Shown one piece after another: positions 22,121 through 32,541 of a stretch of 64,000 nt of DNA. Under the pieces are notes generated by a model that saw only the letters and a list, made by a program, of their open reading frames with translations, was not told the origin of the DNA and did not search any database. Source of the stretch: Monocercomonoides exilis PA203 (taxonomy: Eukaryota > Protista > Preaxostyla); the NCBI GenBank assembly GCA_001643675.2, contig LSRY02000012.1, positions 62,001-126,000 on the forward strand, given 5' to 3'. The translations under genes and the position numbers were made by a program. The stretch's first letter is position 1, and each line of letters opens with the position of its first letter.

Positions 22121-24341
22121 TAGTCAGGGACAAAACCCGGGACAAGGAAAAAACCCGGGACACTTCAGTCTAGAATAATTTTTTTGTATGTTTATTTAAA
22201 ACAATTCCGAATCAAAAAACAATTCTTGATTAACTTTTTTGATTTTTTCTTTTGAATGCCTGTTAAAAAAATTTGTCTCTTCAATAAGAAATAATATCAA
22301 ACAGGATGATCAAACTTCCATAAATCAAATGAAAAAAGCAAACGTTTCTTCGCCTCTCCCTTTCAACAAATTATCACCGATTAAGTCCTCAGCAGAGTTT
22401 CGCAAGCTCCCTTCAAAAGTGGAAAAAGTTGATTATCTTCTGAAACAAGATGGAATCAAACCTTCAGATCTTGTGAAAGATAAAATAATTACTCATTCTT
22501 CCATTTACCGGCATATGGCTTCAAAAAAAGCAGGGCGTGATCCTCAACATGCTGGCAGACCAGGGCTGTTCAATAAAGAAGAAATAGAAGAAATAGAAGA
22601 CTGTGCAATTGCACAAATATCATCCACAAACATATTGACAGTTTCAGACATTATCAGATTCGTGTGTTGCTTTTTGTTTGTTTAATTTTTTAATTGTGCA
22701 TTTTTGATAGTCAGAAAATGTGATGATGAAGAAAAAGAAGGAATGCACACCAACGCCTGAAGTTAGGAAAATCAGCAAAAAATGGGCACGCAGGTTGATT
22801 AAGAAAAGTGGATTACTGAAATTAATAAAACCAACTTTTATAGATCTTCATCGCCTTCAAGCATCTACAATTGAAAATATGAGGAATTGGTTTTCGTTGT
22901 TGAAAAATGTAATTGATGATAATAATATTTCATCAGATTTAATCATCAATATGGACGAAACTGGCATCTTGATGAAGCAGTCGGACGAGGAAATAGTAGT
23001 CACAAAAGAATCTCAACATGCTTTTTTTTACCAGAAGCACAGAGAAGAAAAAATGCTACATTATTTTTTTCTATTTTTGCAGATGGGACGTCACTTGATC
23101 CAATCATGCTATGGCCTTCTCAGACAATTTCCGAGGATCAAAAGGAATTGAAGTATCATCGAATTAACTGTTTAGCAAATAAGACAGGCTGGATGACAAG
23201 AAGAGATTTTGAAAAGGTTATGATAGAAATATTATTGCCAAAAATTAATGAGAAACGAGTTGAGCTTCATGGACAGTCTTCCTACGCTTTGATTATACTT
23301 GATGGGTATTCCTCTCGCCTAAGTTTTCCAGTGATATCTTGGTGCAGAGATCATTTAATCCATTTATTGATTCTTCCATCACATACAACACATCTCACTC
23401 AGCCGCTGGATAGGTTTGTATTCGCGCATTTCAAAAACAGCCTAAAAAGAGCATTCTCGGTTCCTTCTGATTCGTCAATTTCTTCTTACAGAAAATCATT
23501 AATACCAGCAGTATCAGAAGCGGTTAATAACTCCCTCTCTCCAAGAATTGTGAAAAAGTCATTTGAAGCATGCGGAATTTTCCCATTTGACTTTTCTGTC
23601 GTATATCAGTGCCTTCCGCAGAACATTGAAGCCTCTTCGATAGCTGAAAAAGTGGTAAACAGTTCTTCACTTTCAAGCAGTATCAGCATGAAATTAATAA
23701 CAGGAGATAATTTTTTCGAAAGCTTTTCCATGCAAATAGATAAAAAAAAGAAAAGTCAGCCAAATAGCTCAGTAACAAAGCAGGATGGTGCAATGTCTGA
23801 AGTGAAGGAATTATCAAATGTTAAGGACAAAAGCTCAAATGAAACAGGACCTGTTGAAAATGTCAACTTTCAAAATCATGGAAGGAAAACAATTATTCAT
23901 GATGATGTTTCTTCGGAACAATCTGATAATTCAGAAGATCGAAAAGAGCAACGAGATTCATCAGAAGAAGAGATTCTTTTCCTTAGTGAGAAAAGGAAAA
24001 GAAAGCTCTCTTCAGAGAGCGAATGGGGATCTATCTTCAATTACAGTTAAAAATATCTCACGTGATAAGAAAATGATTTGTTCAATTCATATTTCAACAT
24101 GATTCAACGTTATTAAACAGTGCTTTGTTTTCAATTCCTTTTTTGATGCCTTTCTTTTCAAACTGTTATTTTTAATGCAAATTCAATTCGGGCAATTTTA
24201 TTTGGCTTGTTCGATCCTCCAAAATACACGAAAAATTCGATTATCATTATATTTTTCCATATTAAAGTGTTGAATTGTGTCAAAAAAAGCAAAATAAAAT
24301 GTCCCGGGTTTTGTCCTTGTCCCGGGTTTTGTCCCTGACTA
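22121..24341 (+). mobile_element. Full-length pogo/Fot1-like (Tc1/mariner superfamily) DNA transposon, 2221 bp
   Basis: 42-bp TIRs at 22121-22162 and 24300-24341 (TAGTCAGGGACAAAACCCGGGACAAGGA[A/C]AAAACCCGGGACA, one mismatch), TA flanks at 22119-22120 and 24342-24343, and an internal DDE_1-type transposase. Confidence 0.93.
22329..24050 (+). CDS. pogo-like DD35D transposase (HTH + DDE_1), with one intron and one -1 frameshift
   Basis: GRP motif in the N-terminal HTH region; NMDETG; ADG..L.P; LIILDGYSSR..LPSHTTHLTQPLD with 35 residues between the 2nd and 3rd D. Phase-0 intron 22662-22710 (GTGTGT..ATAG). Frame change at the T8 run 23022-23029. Confidence 0.85.
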
Positions 24342-24581
24342 TATTTTATTTACGAAAATCTACTCTAATGTGATGTCTCTTATTTTTGAAAAAAATAATT
24401 GCGTATCTTGAACATAAGTTATTTAACATATTAATGCAAAAATTCTACAACAAAAATAGACATTTCACAACAAAATCTAATTGAATATCATAACTGTTTG
24501 AGAAAAACAAGAAAAGCAAATTCAAAATTCCAAAATACTAAATAAACCACAAATTAATAAAAGATATCCATATTTTTTATT

Positions 24582-26757
24582 TCAAACATCGTTGGCTGCT
24601 TCATTTTGTTGACTGTTTTCAGAAGAAACGTTGTCAGAATTGCGCGAGTTGTTGCTTTCCACATTATCTTTTTCAAAGCAAACATTGTCACCTGATTCTG
24701 ATCCAATACTTGAAACATTTTGAGATAGCGACACTTTCTCGCTTTCAACTGCAGATTGCACTGCCTCTTCAGCACCACATGTTGGAACATTAGATGATTC
24801 TGTTGCTACATTTTGATTTTCTTCTTCTTTCACTTCTTCTGAATTCAATTTCGTATCATTTTTCACCAATGCCTCTGAGTTTTCAGTGGCATCTTTTTTA
24901 TCCTCTTCTCTTGTTGGCTCTGTTGTGTTTGACAAGCTTTTGTTTAAAGCAGTGCGAGTAGTGGATCTCATTTCCGCTTTCTTCTTCTCCATGTATCTGT
25001 AAGTGAAAACGGAGTCTGTTGAGCAAAGCGGAGGAAGCGAGGAATGAGACGGATAGAACGAAGAAGGGTAAAATGTTGGCGAATTCAGCTTTCGCGCGTT
25101 GATCTCTTCGATCTGCTTTTTGACAATTTCTTTGTTTCTTTCTGAGGTGATGTATCCGTCTGGTGCACTGAGGAGCCTCTCGTTTATCTGCCCATCCCAT
25201 TTTTTGCTCTTTGGTGACATCAGCGTTTCCTCCATCTTTTCTCTCTCTTCCAAATGCTTTGTCTTTTCCTGGGCGGCTTTTGCTCTCAGAATGGAAGATT
25301 CGTTTTGCTTGACATTTGCAGCAGCAGCAGCTGTTGAATGAGAACGAGTTGCAGAACGTGGGCTGGAGCGGAATGTTGACTCAAGCGGAGAATCGAAAGA
25401 AGGAGACAAAGGGAATGCAGATGATGAATTGGGTGAATTGTGTGTGGGTGTCTGTGCCAACGATGATGAGAGAGGAGAAGGTGAAGAGCACGGTGAACCC
25501 ATTGAAGATTTTGGTGTGTGGAGAGGAGACAGCATCGCAGAAGGCGGAGATTGGTCAAGCATACGAGGCGAAGATAGAGAGCGACTTAAATTTTGCTGGG
25601 CAGTTTTGATCTCTTTTTCTTCTTTGACCGAGGCAGACGGGTTGAAGAATGTAACATTCTGTACAATCACCGGCTCATATGGGGTGACTGCATGTGGTGA
25701 AGAAATATACCTCGAAGAAGGTGAGAGAAGATAGGAGCTTGCAGGAGATGATGGAGTTTGAGAAAGCATAACCGGAGAACTTTGCTGTTTAAAGCTTGAA
25801 GCTGCTGGTGAATTAGCAGTGGGAGCATTAATCCCCTTTCCTTGATGAGCGCCTTCGGCATTTGTCATTTTCATTGAAACTTCATCAGAAGCAATCACAG
25901 GGCTAGGCGCAATAAGGTCTTGATAATCTGTTGTCTGATCTGTATCAATCTGTTCTTTTTCATTCATTTCTTCGTTTTGCCTTTCTTGTAATAGATTGTC
26001 TTTAATATCATTTGTTGACGCAAGCGGAAAGCTTTGAGATGCTTCCAATTCTTTTAGCATCCTGTATCTTTCAGCTTCCATTTCTTCGAATTCTTTCTCA
26101 TTTTTTTCCCAAATTTGTTGGTACAGCTGCTGATAACTGTATTTTTTTGGAGCCTTGGGAGATGCGTGAATACGTTCGTTTGTTCTCTTTCTTTTTAGAA
26201 GCGTTTTTATTGTATGATGATTTGGAGAATGCTTTGGAAGAGTTTTCTCCATTTTTTCTTTAATTTCTTGCTTAATGCGATTGGTTTCTTTTCTCTCGCG
26301 CTTTTTCGCTGCTCGCTCCTGTTTTAATTGCTCCTTAAAAAAATTGTACAAATTGAATAATTTTTGTAAGGTTCCTTTTTAATATTCAAATATTTACAGA
26401 CTTTTCTTTTATTTTCTTCGTTCAGGATTCGTTGCTTCCTTCTACGTTCGATTTCCTCTCTAGCTTGCTCTCTGAGTGCTTTTCTCTCCTTTTCTTTTTT
26501 ATAAATTGTTTGGTAATCACCGAAAACATTAATATGAAAAAAAACGTATTCAAAAAATGCAAAGAAAACGAAATAAACCTGCTAATACAAATTGCACTCC
26601 TTTAGAAATATGTGTTTCAATCATGTTTTCATCACAATTATCTTGATAATACATGTCCTACAAAGAAAATTGAAAATCACAAATTTCAAAATTTTGAGAA
26701 TTCCGCAGAAAAATACAAACTTGGTTCTGAGGCAGATGATCACAATAATCTTCCATA
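24582..26757 (-). CDS. Hypothetical coiled-coil and Ser/Pro-rich protein, multi-exon
   Basis: 589-aa main exon plus small upstream exons (MEDYCDHLPQNQ|DMYYQDNC..|..KKEKERKALREQAREEIERRRKQR) joined through GTTTGT/GTCTGT-type donors. The 3' end may extend past a GTTTGA donor. Confidence 0.6.
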
Positions 26758-27097
26758 GCAAATTTGCTTTGATGTATCAATGATTTCAGCCTGTGCTCCA
26801 AAGAAATCAAAGCAAACTTTTTCTTGATCACAATCCCCATTGACACGATTGAGAAATTTTTCATTTAATGTCAATCTCAAGTAAAAAATCGCATAAAATG
26901 ATATCACTTTTTCTTAATGAAAAGAATATAGAAATGCAATTTTTTTTATTGCGAAAATTATAAATAAATTTCATTTCGAAATATTCAGTAAAACAGCACA
27001 GAAACAAAAACACAAAATCAGCCAAGGTAAAGCAAAAGAGCAGGGAGAAAAATTAAACGAAAATGTGAGGTGTTTATGGAAAAGTGAAATGAGAAGT

Positions 27098-27688
27098 TTA
27101 TTGAACAAATTTTTGGCATCTGACATCTTTATGAACGTTGAAACACTGCAATGAACAATATCTTGCAGAACACACAGTGCATGTGTACGATGCGTTAAAT
27201 CTATTTTTTAAAAAATAGAACAAGTGGAAGATAAGTAATTAGAAGGTTAATAAAAATCAGTTATACCCGCAAATTGAGCAAAAAGAATGAGGAGGAATTG
27301 ATGAAGGCTTTGTTTCTGCAGCTTGTAACGCTCGAGAAGATTCTGCATCGCCTTGAAGTGCCTAAATAAAATGAAAAAGAAAATGATGATGGCAAGACAA
27401 TAAAAGACATGCTGATTCAAAAAGAGCGTCACGAAAAGTGGTAACAAGTTTCTTTTCAGGAGTTTGAACTTCATAGCCTCCGCGTGTTTGTCTTCGTTTT
27501 TTAAGTGATCGATCATCATCACTAAAATCAGTTCCCCTACTGCTTGTTGAACTTTTCCTTGAATATTTTGAGCCAATTTCAGCATCAATATAACTCAATT
27601 CCAAAACAGGCTTTCGCTGTAAATATCCTTTTGAATCTTTTGAACCTATCAAGGACCGAATTTTATCTGCTGAGCGTAACCGTTCCAT
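27098..27688 (-). CDS. ZNHIT1: Zinc finger HIT protein 1 / SWC6 / Vps71 (SWR1/SRCAP complex), 3 exons
   Basis: Introns 27362-27412 (GC-AG) and 27201-27266. The C-terminus PPHSFCSICGFNASYTCTVCSARYCSLQCFNVHKDVRCQKFVQ* is a zf-HIT of ZNHIT1 type and is missed by the ORF track. Confidence 0.88.
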
Positions 27689-27918
27689 TGTGAATTACTT
27701 CGGATGTAATTCACTATTACGATTTTAAATACTCTTTTTTGATCTATCATTTTTGGATAAAGGGCTATATATTATTTCATATTTGATTTTTTCTTTACAC
27801 AAAAGTCAAGAGTTTGTACAATACCAAAATTCATTTATGTTGATACCATTGCTATTTTTTCAAAATAAACACATACGTGCATATTTTGTTTTTACACAAT
27901 TGTATAATGTTTTAAGAA

Positions 27919-28884
27919 ATGCCTTCTTCTCCCCATAGATCTTCAAGGCATCATAGATCTCATCATCATCATACTTACATTATTCGCGATGGCCATGAAA
28001 GATTGCGCGTACATCATGTGCCTCGTTCTAGATCTCGCAGTTCTTCACATAATTCTCATCATTCACATCATCATTCCCATGCAGATCATCTTCGTAGATA
28101 TCGCTCACGAAGCAGAAGCAGATCACGTGATTCATTGTATGGAATGGGCGAACAGTTACATCAGTATTATCCAGAATCTGTTCATTTCTATCCACAAAGA
28201 GATCCACTTCTTCGATATCCTTCTGCTTATCCTTTTCATAATGCTTCATGGAACGAGGGATATCAACCTCAAAGATTATTTGCAATTCGAACAAGAAAAG
28301 ATAATCGACCAAAGAGTGAAAGATACTCGAAAGAAGAAGTTGAGACTTGTAGACACATTTTTTTGGGTAATCTCGAATTTTCTGTCGACAATGAAATTAT
28401 AAAGCAAGAAATTGGAGAAGAGCTTATGAAGAATGTGATAAATGTTGTTTCTTTTCAGGGAGGAGCTCGTCCTAAAGGGATCGCTTTTGTTGAATGTAAA
28501 ACTCATGAAGATGCAGAAGCTGTTTACAACGCTCTCAAAGGAAGAAATGTTCGAGGAAGAATCCTCAACGTGGATTGGGATCTTGGAATGGAAATGAAAG
28601 GAAGGGGGAGAGGGAGACCGTTTATGGATGAATCGTTTCCATCCGCACAGGATTCTACTGATTTTGCTTCGTCATCTGCTCTTTCCTCATCTTCTTCCTC
28701 ATCTTCTTCCTCTGATGAAATGAGGAATGACTCAGAGAAAGAAGACCAGTTGAAGGCGCGCCGTTCACGTTCGCGTTCACAACCATCTCGTTCACAGTCT
28801 CCAGAAGCTTCTCAGTCATTTTTACCTTCACCTTCTTCTTCTGAATCACCTGTTATTCAGCAATCAGAAATTTCATCTCAGTAA
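27919..28884 (+). CDS. RRM-containing RS/His-rich RNA-binding protein
   Basis: RNP2 IFLGNL and RNP1 KGIAFVEC, ..GRILNVDWD, with flanking RSRSRS tracts. Confidence 0.85.
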   Translation: MPSSPHRSSRHHRSHHHHTYIIRDGHERLRVHHVPRSRSRSSSHNSHHSHHHSHADHLRRYRSRSRSRSRDSLYGMGEQLHQYYPESVHFYPQRDPLLRYPSAYPFHNASWNEGYQPQRLFAIRTRKDNRPKSERYSKEEVETCRHIFLGNLEFSVDNEIIKQEIGEELMKNVINVVSFQGGARPKGIAFVECKTHEDAEAVYNALKGRNVRGRILNVDWDLGMEMKGRGRGRPFMDESFPSAQDSTDFASSSALSSSSSSSSSSDEMRNDSEKEDQLKARRSRSRSQPSRSQSPEASQSFLPSPSSSESPVIQQSEISSQ

Positions 28885-29497
28885 CAAATATATTCAAACG
28901 CTTGTAAATGATTGCTTGATATTTCGTTATTTGATTCTTTGAGTTTATTTTGAAGGAATTTATTTTATTTGAATTGATACGATTTTCTTTAAATTTTTAA
29001 TTTGTGTGTTTTAATATTTCGGATCATTTGATTCGGGAAAGTGTTGTTGTTTTTTTTTATCAAGTTAATTAAGTAACTGGAGAATACTATCATGTCGCAT
29101 GCGTAGATTATATTCAAGGGCTGTGAATAAACATTCAAAAGCTTTGAGTTGGGTGTTGTTCACTTATGAAAAATAGAAGCAAGAATGTTAATAACTCAAC
29201 AATTGATCAGAAAAGATTTATTTATTTGAAAAATATTCTTTTCAAATATCGCATGTTGAATTTCCATCATTTTCAATTTTTAAAAAAGAATTAATAATGA
29301 AAAATTTCCAAATCATAATGAAAATAATAAATTCATTGACAACCATGAACATCAAGTCCAATGAAATATGTTTTCAATTTCCAAGAAAACGATTTAACTG
29401 TTATTAAACAAAATGAAATTTCAATATGAATAGGAGAGATGATTGATCATATTTATATAATTTAATTATATTTGATATTGAAAATATCACTTTTTTC

Positions 29498-31887
29498 ATG
29501 GATTCAAATTTAGATTCCGCTTCAAGCGATGACGATTCATTAAGAAATTCATATGTTACTATCTCTCAACAAATGAAAGTTGAAAATGCAATTTCTAACC
29601 ACAGAAAGCATTTATTAAAAAAATTCACAAATGGATTGCCGATAATGCGTGAAACGCATATAAGATTTTTGTGCGAACATATCATCAAAGATGTATGCTT
29701 ATCAGAGAAAATGGATTCAACTAGATCTTGGGTTTGAGAAATCGAATTATTCTCTGAATTTTTCAATATATGAGTCTTAAGTTTTTTTACTGGATTCTTC
29801 AATCACTTGACATCCTTGGAGCGCATGTTAAGCCTCATTCAAAATTAAGTTCATGGATAATTAATACATTAGCAACGCTCCAACATCCTGATGGAGGATT
29901 TTCAGGAAATTCTCATCTTTTTCCTCACGTAATTCCAACATTTGCTTGCGTTCATGCACTTGCATTGCTTGAAAGCGAAGAGGCACTTGACATCATAAAT
30001 TTACCAAAACTATATGCATTTCTTTCATCATTGCACTCCACCAAAGATGCTTCAGGATCACAAAATGAAAATTTTTCTCAGGATGGAAAGTATTTCAGCG
30101 AAGAGACTTATAGTTCAGAAGGTGATTGCCGTTCAACATATTGCGCACTAACCACTGCCTCACTTTGTCAGCTTCTGGATCCTTTACTTGTGGAAAACGT
30201 TGGTTTCTATCTTTCAAGGTGTCAAAACTACGACGGAGGAATGGGAGGCGAATTTGGAAATGAGTCTCATGGAGGATATGTGTCTTGTGGATTGGCGTCA
30301 ATGCTTATTGTTGGAGGAATGGACGGGCAAGAAGGAACATGTTATTTGCCGTCAATTAAGGGGAGTGAAGAGGAACGAAAGAGCGCTGCATCTTTCTTCC
30401 TAGATAGTCAAGCACTTTTGTGGTGGCTGAGCCAGCAGCAAATGAGCTGCGAAGGAGGATTTGCAGGAAGAACAGGGAAATTAGTGGATGTGTGCTATTC
30501 CTGGTGGCAAGGAAACAGTTGCTGGAACGCAATGTTGATATCACAGTTGTTGGCTGAGAAAGAATGGTTGAATCTGAAGCAATTAAAAGAAAATCGTAAA
30601 GATACAAAAAAGATAGATTTGAATGAATTGGAACAGGCAGATTCATTCAAAGAAATGAAAACATGCAATGTTGAGGAAGCATGCTTTCCGTCGTTTTTGT
30701 CAATATGCAGATCCAACGAAATGAAATCATTAATAACTGCACAACAGAAGGCAAGGATTGAACGAGAGAAAGATGGAACAGATGCAGACACTGGGATACA
30801 AGCGTGGAGCACATGCAGCTCAACTGAAGATGATTTTGAAGAAAATCATAAAAAGAAAAATCAAGATTTACTGTCAACAGAGGAAGTTTATGTTAGTTCA
30901 TCAACATCAGAAAAACAAGTACAACAAAAAAAGGCTAAAAATTCATCATTGATTACAGAACTCAGCACTGAACAGCTTGAACATTCTGAAGGAAATGAAG
31001 AAGAGGGTGATGTTGGTGGTGATGATGAGGAAGATGAATGCAACATTTTGTTGGAAGATATATTTGAAAAAGAAAAGAAAAAAGCAAGTGCAAACGATTT
31101 AACCAATATTTCGTTTGAAGATTCTTCTTCCAAAAATGCTAATTGTAACAAAGAAGAGGAAGAAGATCGATCTCGCTATTCGAGCTGTGTACATGCTAGT
31201 TTTTACTCTCCTTATGCAAAAGTCGCTTCTCCAATCTTTTATGATAATAAACAATATGACACCACCAAATGCCAAGACTTTTTTGAATCTCCTCCTTCGC
31301 TTCTTCCTCTCTTTTCTCCTTCAGCCTTGCTCTCCTACGGCTGCTGTTGCTGTCAGGACACGTTTGGAGGGCTGAAAGATAAGCCATGGTCACCCGTTGA
31401 CTGCCATCACACGTGCTATGCTCTATGCGGGCTTTCTCTTGCACAGCACGCTGCGGATGAAGGTTCTCTCCAGCGCTGTGAAGTCACAATGAAGCAACAG
31501 TTTTCTTTGTTTGAACCTTCTTTTCCTCTTTCTTCTTCAAGTGGAAAAGGCACTGGCTCTCAATTTACAAGACACTCTAGACCAATGATTGAAGAAATTT
31601 CCTCAGCAGATAGTGAGAGTCAAGGAATTGATGACACTTCAGGTAAAAATGACTTTGATTTGTCGAAGGAGACGGTTGAATCGCTGCTATCTATGCTCAT
31701 CATCGATGGATTGGATAATGATAATTTTGTAGAGACAGAGGAGCCTGTTCGGTTCCCTCATGATTTCGATTATCTGCCTCTTCAACCTGTCGATCCTATA
31801 CACGGAATTCATCCACGCAAAGTTCTCTTTGCTCAGCGTTTCTTTAAAGAAAAATTGAAGAGACTTGCCGCTGAGAAAGAGAAATAG
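29498..31887 (+). CDS. FNTB: Protein farnesyltransferase beta subunit (~780 aa, expanded)
   Basis: Intron 29732-29781 gives DSTRSWFFYWILQSL. Motifs: QHPDGGFSG..PH, E.D.R..YCA, CQNYDGG..ESHGGY, EGGFAGRTGKLVDVCYSWW, GGLKDKP..DCHHTCYALCGLS. Confidence 0.9.
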
Positions 31888-32541
31888 ATTATTTCACATT
31901 TTTTGAAAAAGTATTTATTTAAAATTGATTTTTGTATGATAAAAAAGAATTTAGATTAAGGGTATTATTTTTTCTCAAAAAAATTACCACATTTTTCTCA
32001 ATTAATATCAGAATAATTATGAAAAATGCTAAAAAGAGTCAGAGCTTTAATATGAAATAGACAGAAACTGTTTGAAGAACATAAATTAGAATGCGTTTAA
32101 AGTCTTTTTTGGATAAATGAAATTGTTCAATAAAAGCTAAAGCATCTGTTGAAAATTTTTGCATATCGATGGATTCTTCTTGCTCTGTTTGAGTGGAAAG
32201 CTCCAGGAGATAGAGGAGCAAAATAGAAAGAACTTGCTGAGTTTTGGTGAATCATCAAAGTTCAATGACAATGAAGAAACAATTCTTGATATTTTAAAAA
32301 AACCATTTCGTTGCAGAAAATGTTTTTGAAAAACATATCAGTGCAAAAACAAAAAAAGATACAACTGGAAGTGAATTGTTTGAAAAGAAATGGGGAAAAT
32401 ATCGATTCACAATTGATTGTATAGTATACATAATACGCACGAAAATGGAAATTTCTTGAGAGAAAAATTTATAAAATTTCATTTTCAAACAAATATAAAT
32501 AATGAAGGTTCAATCGATCAATATTTTAAAAATGGTAATAA

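Noticed and set aside
22128-22162. CAAAACCC in the TIRs as a telomere-bearing element
   Set aside because: Not a tandem telomeric repeat; better explained as transposase-binding direct repeats.
23061-23082. Strong-looking 3' splice site (TTTTTTTCTATTTTTGCAG) that might repair the transposase frame by splicing
   Set aside because: It needs a phase-1 donor and no suitable nearby GT exists; splicing would also delete the conserved strand before ADG.
32039-32290. Short minus-strand ORF (60 aa)
   Set aside because: No recognisable motif or convincing start/splice model.
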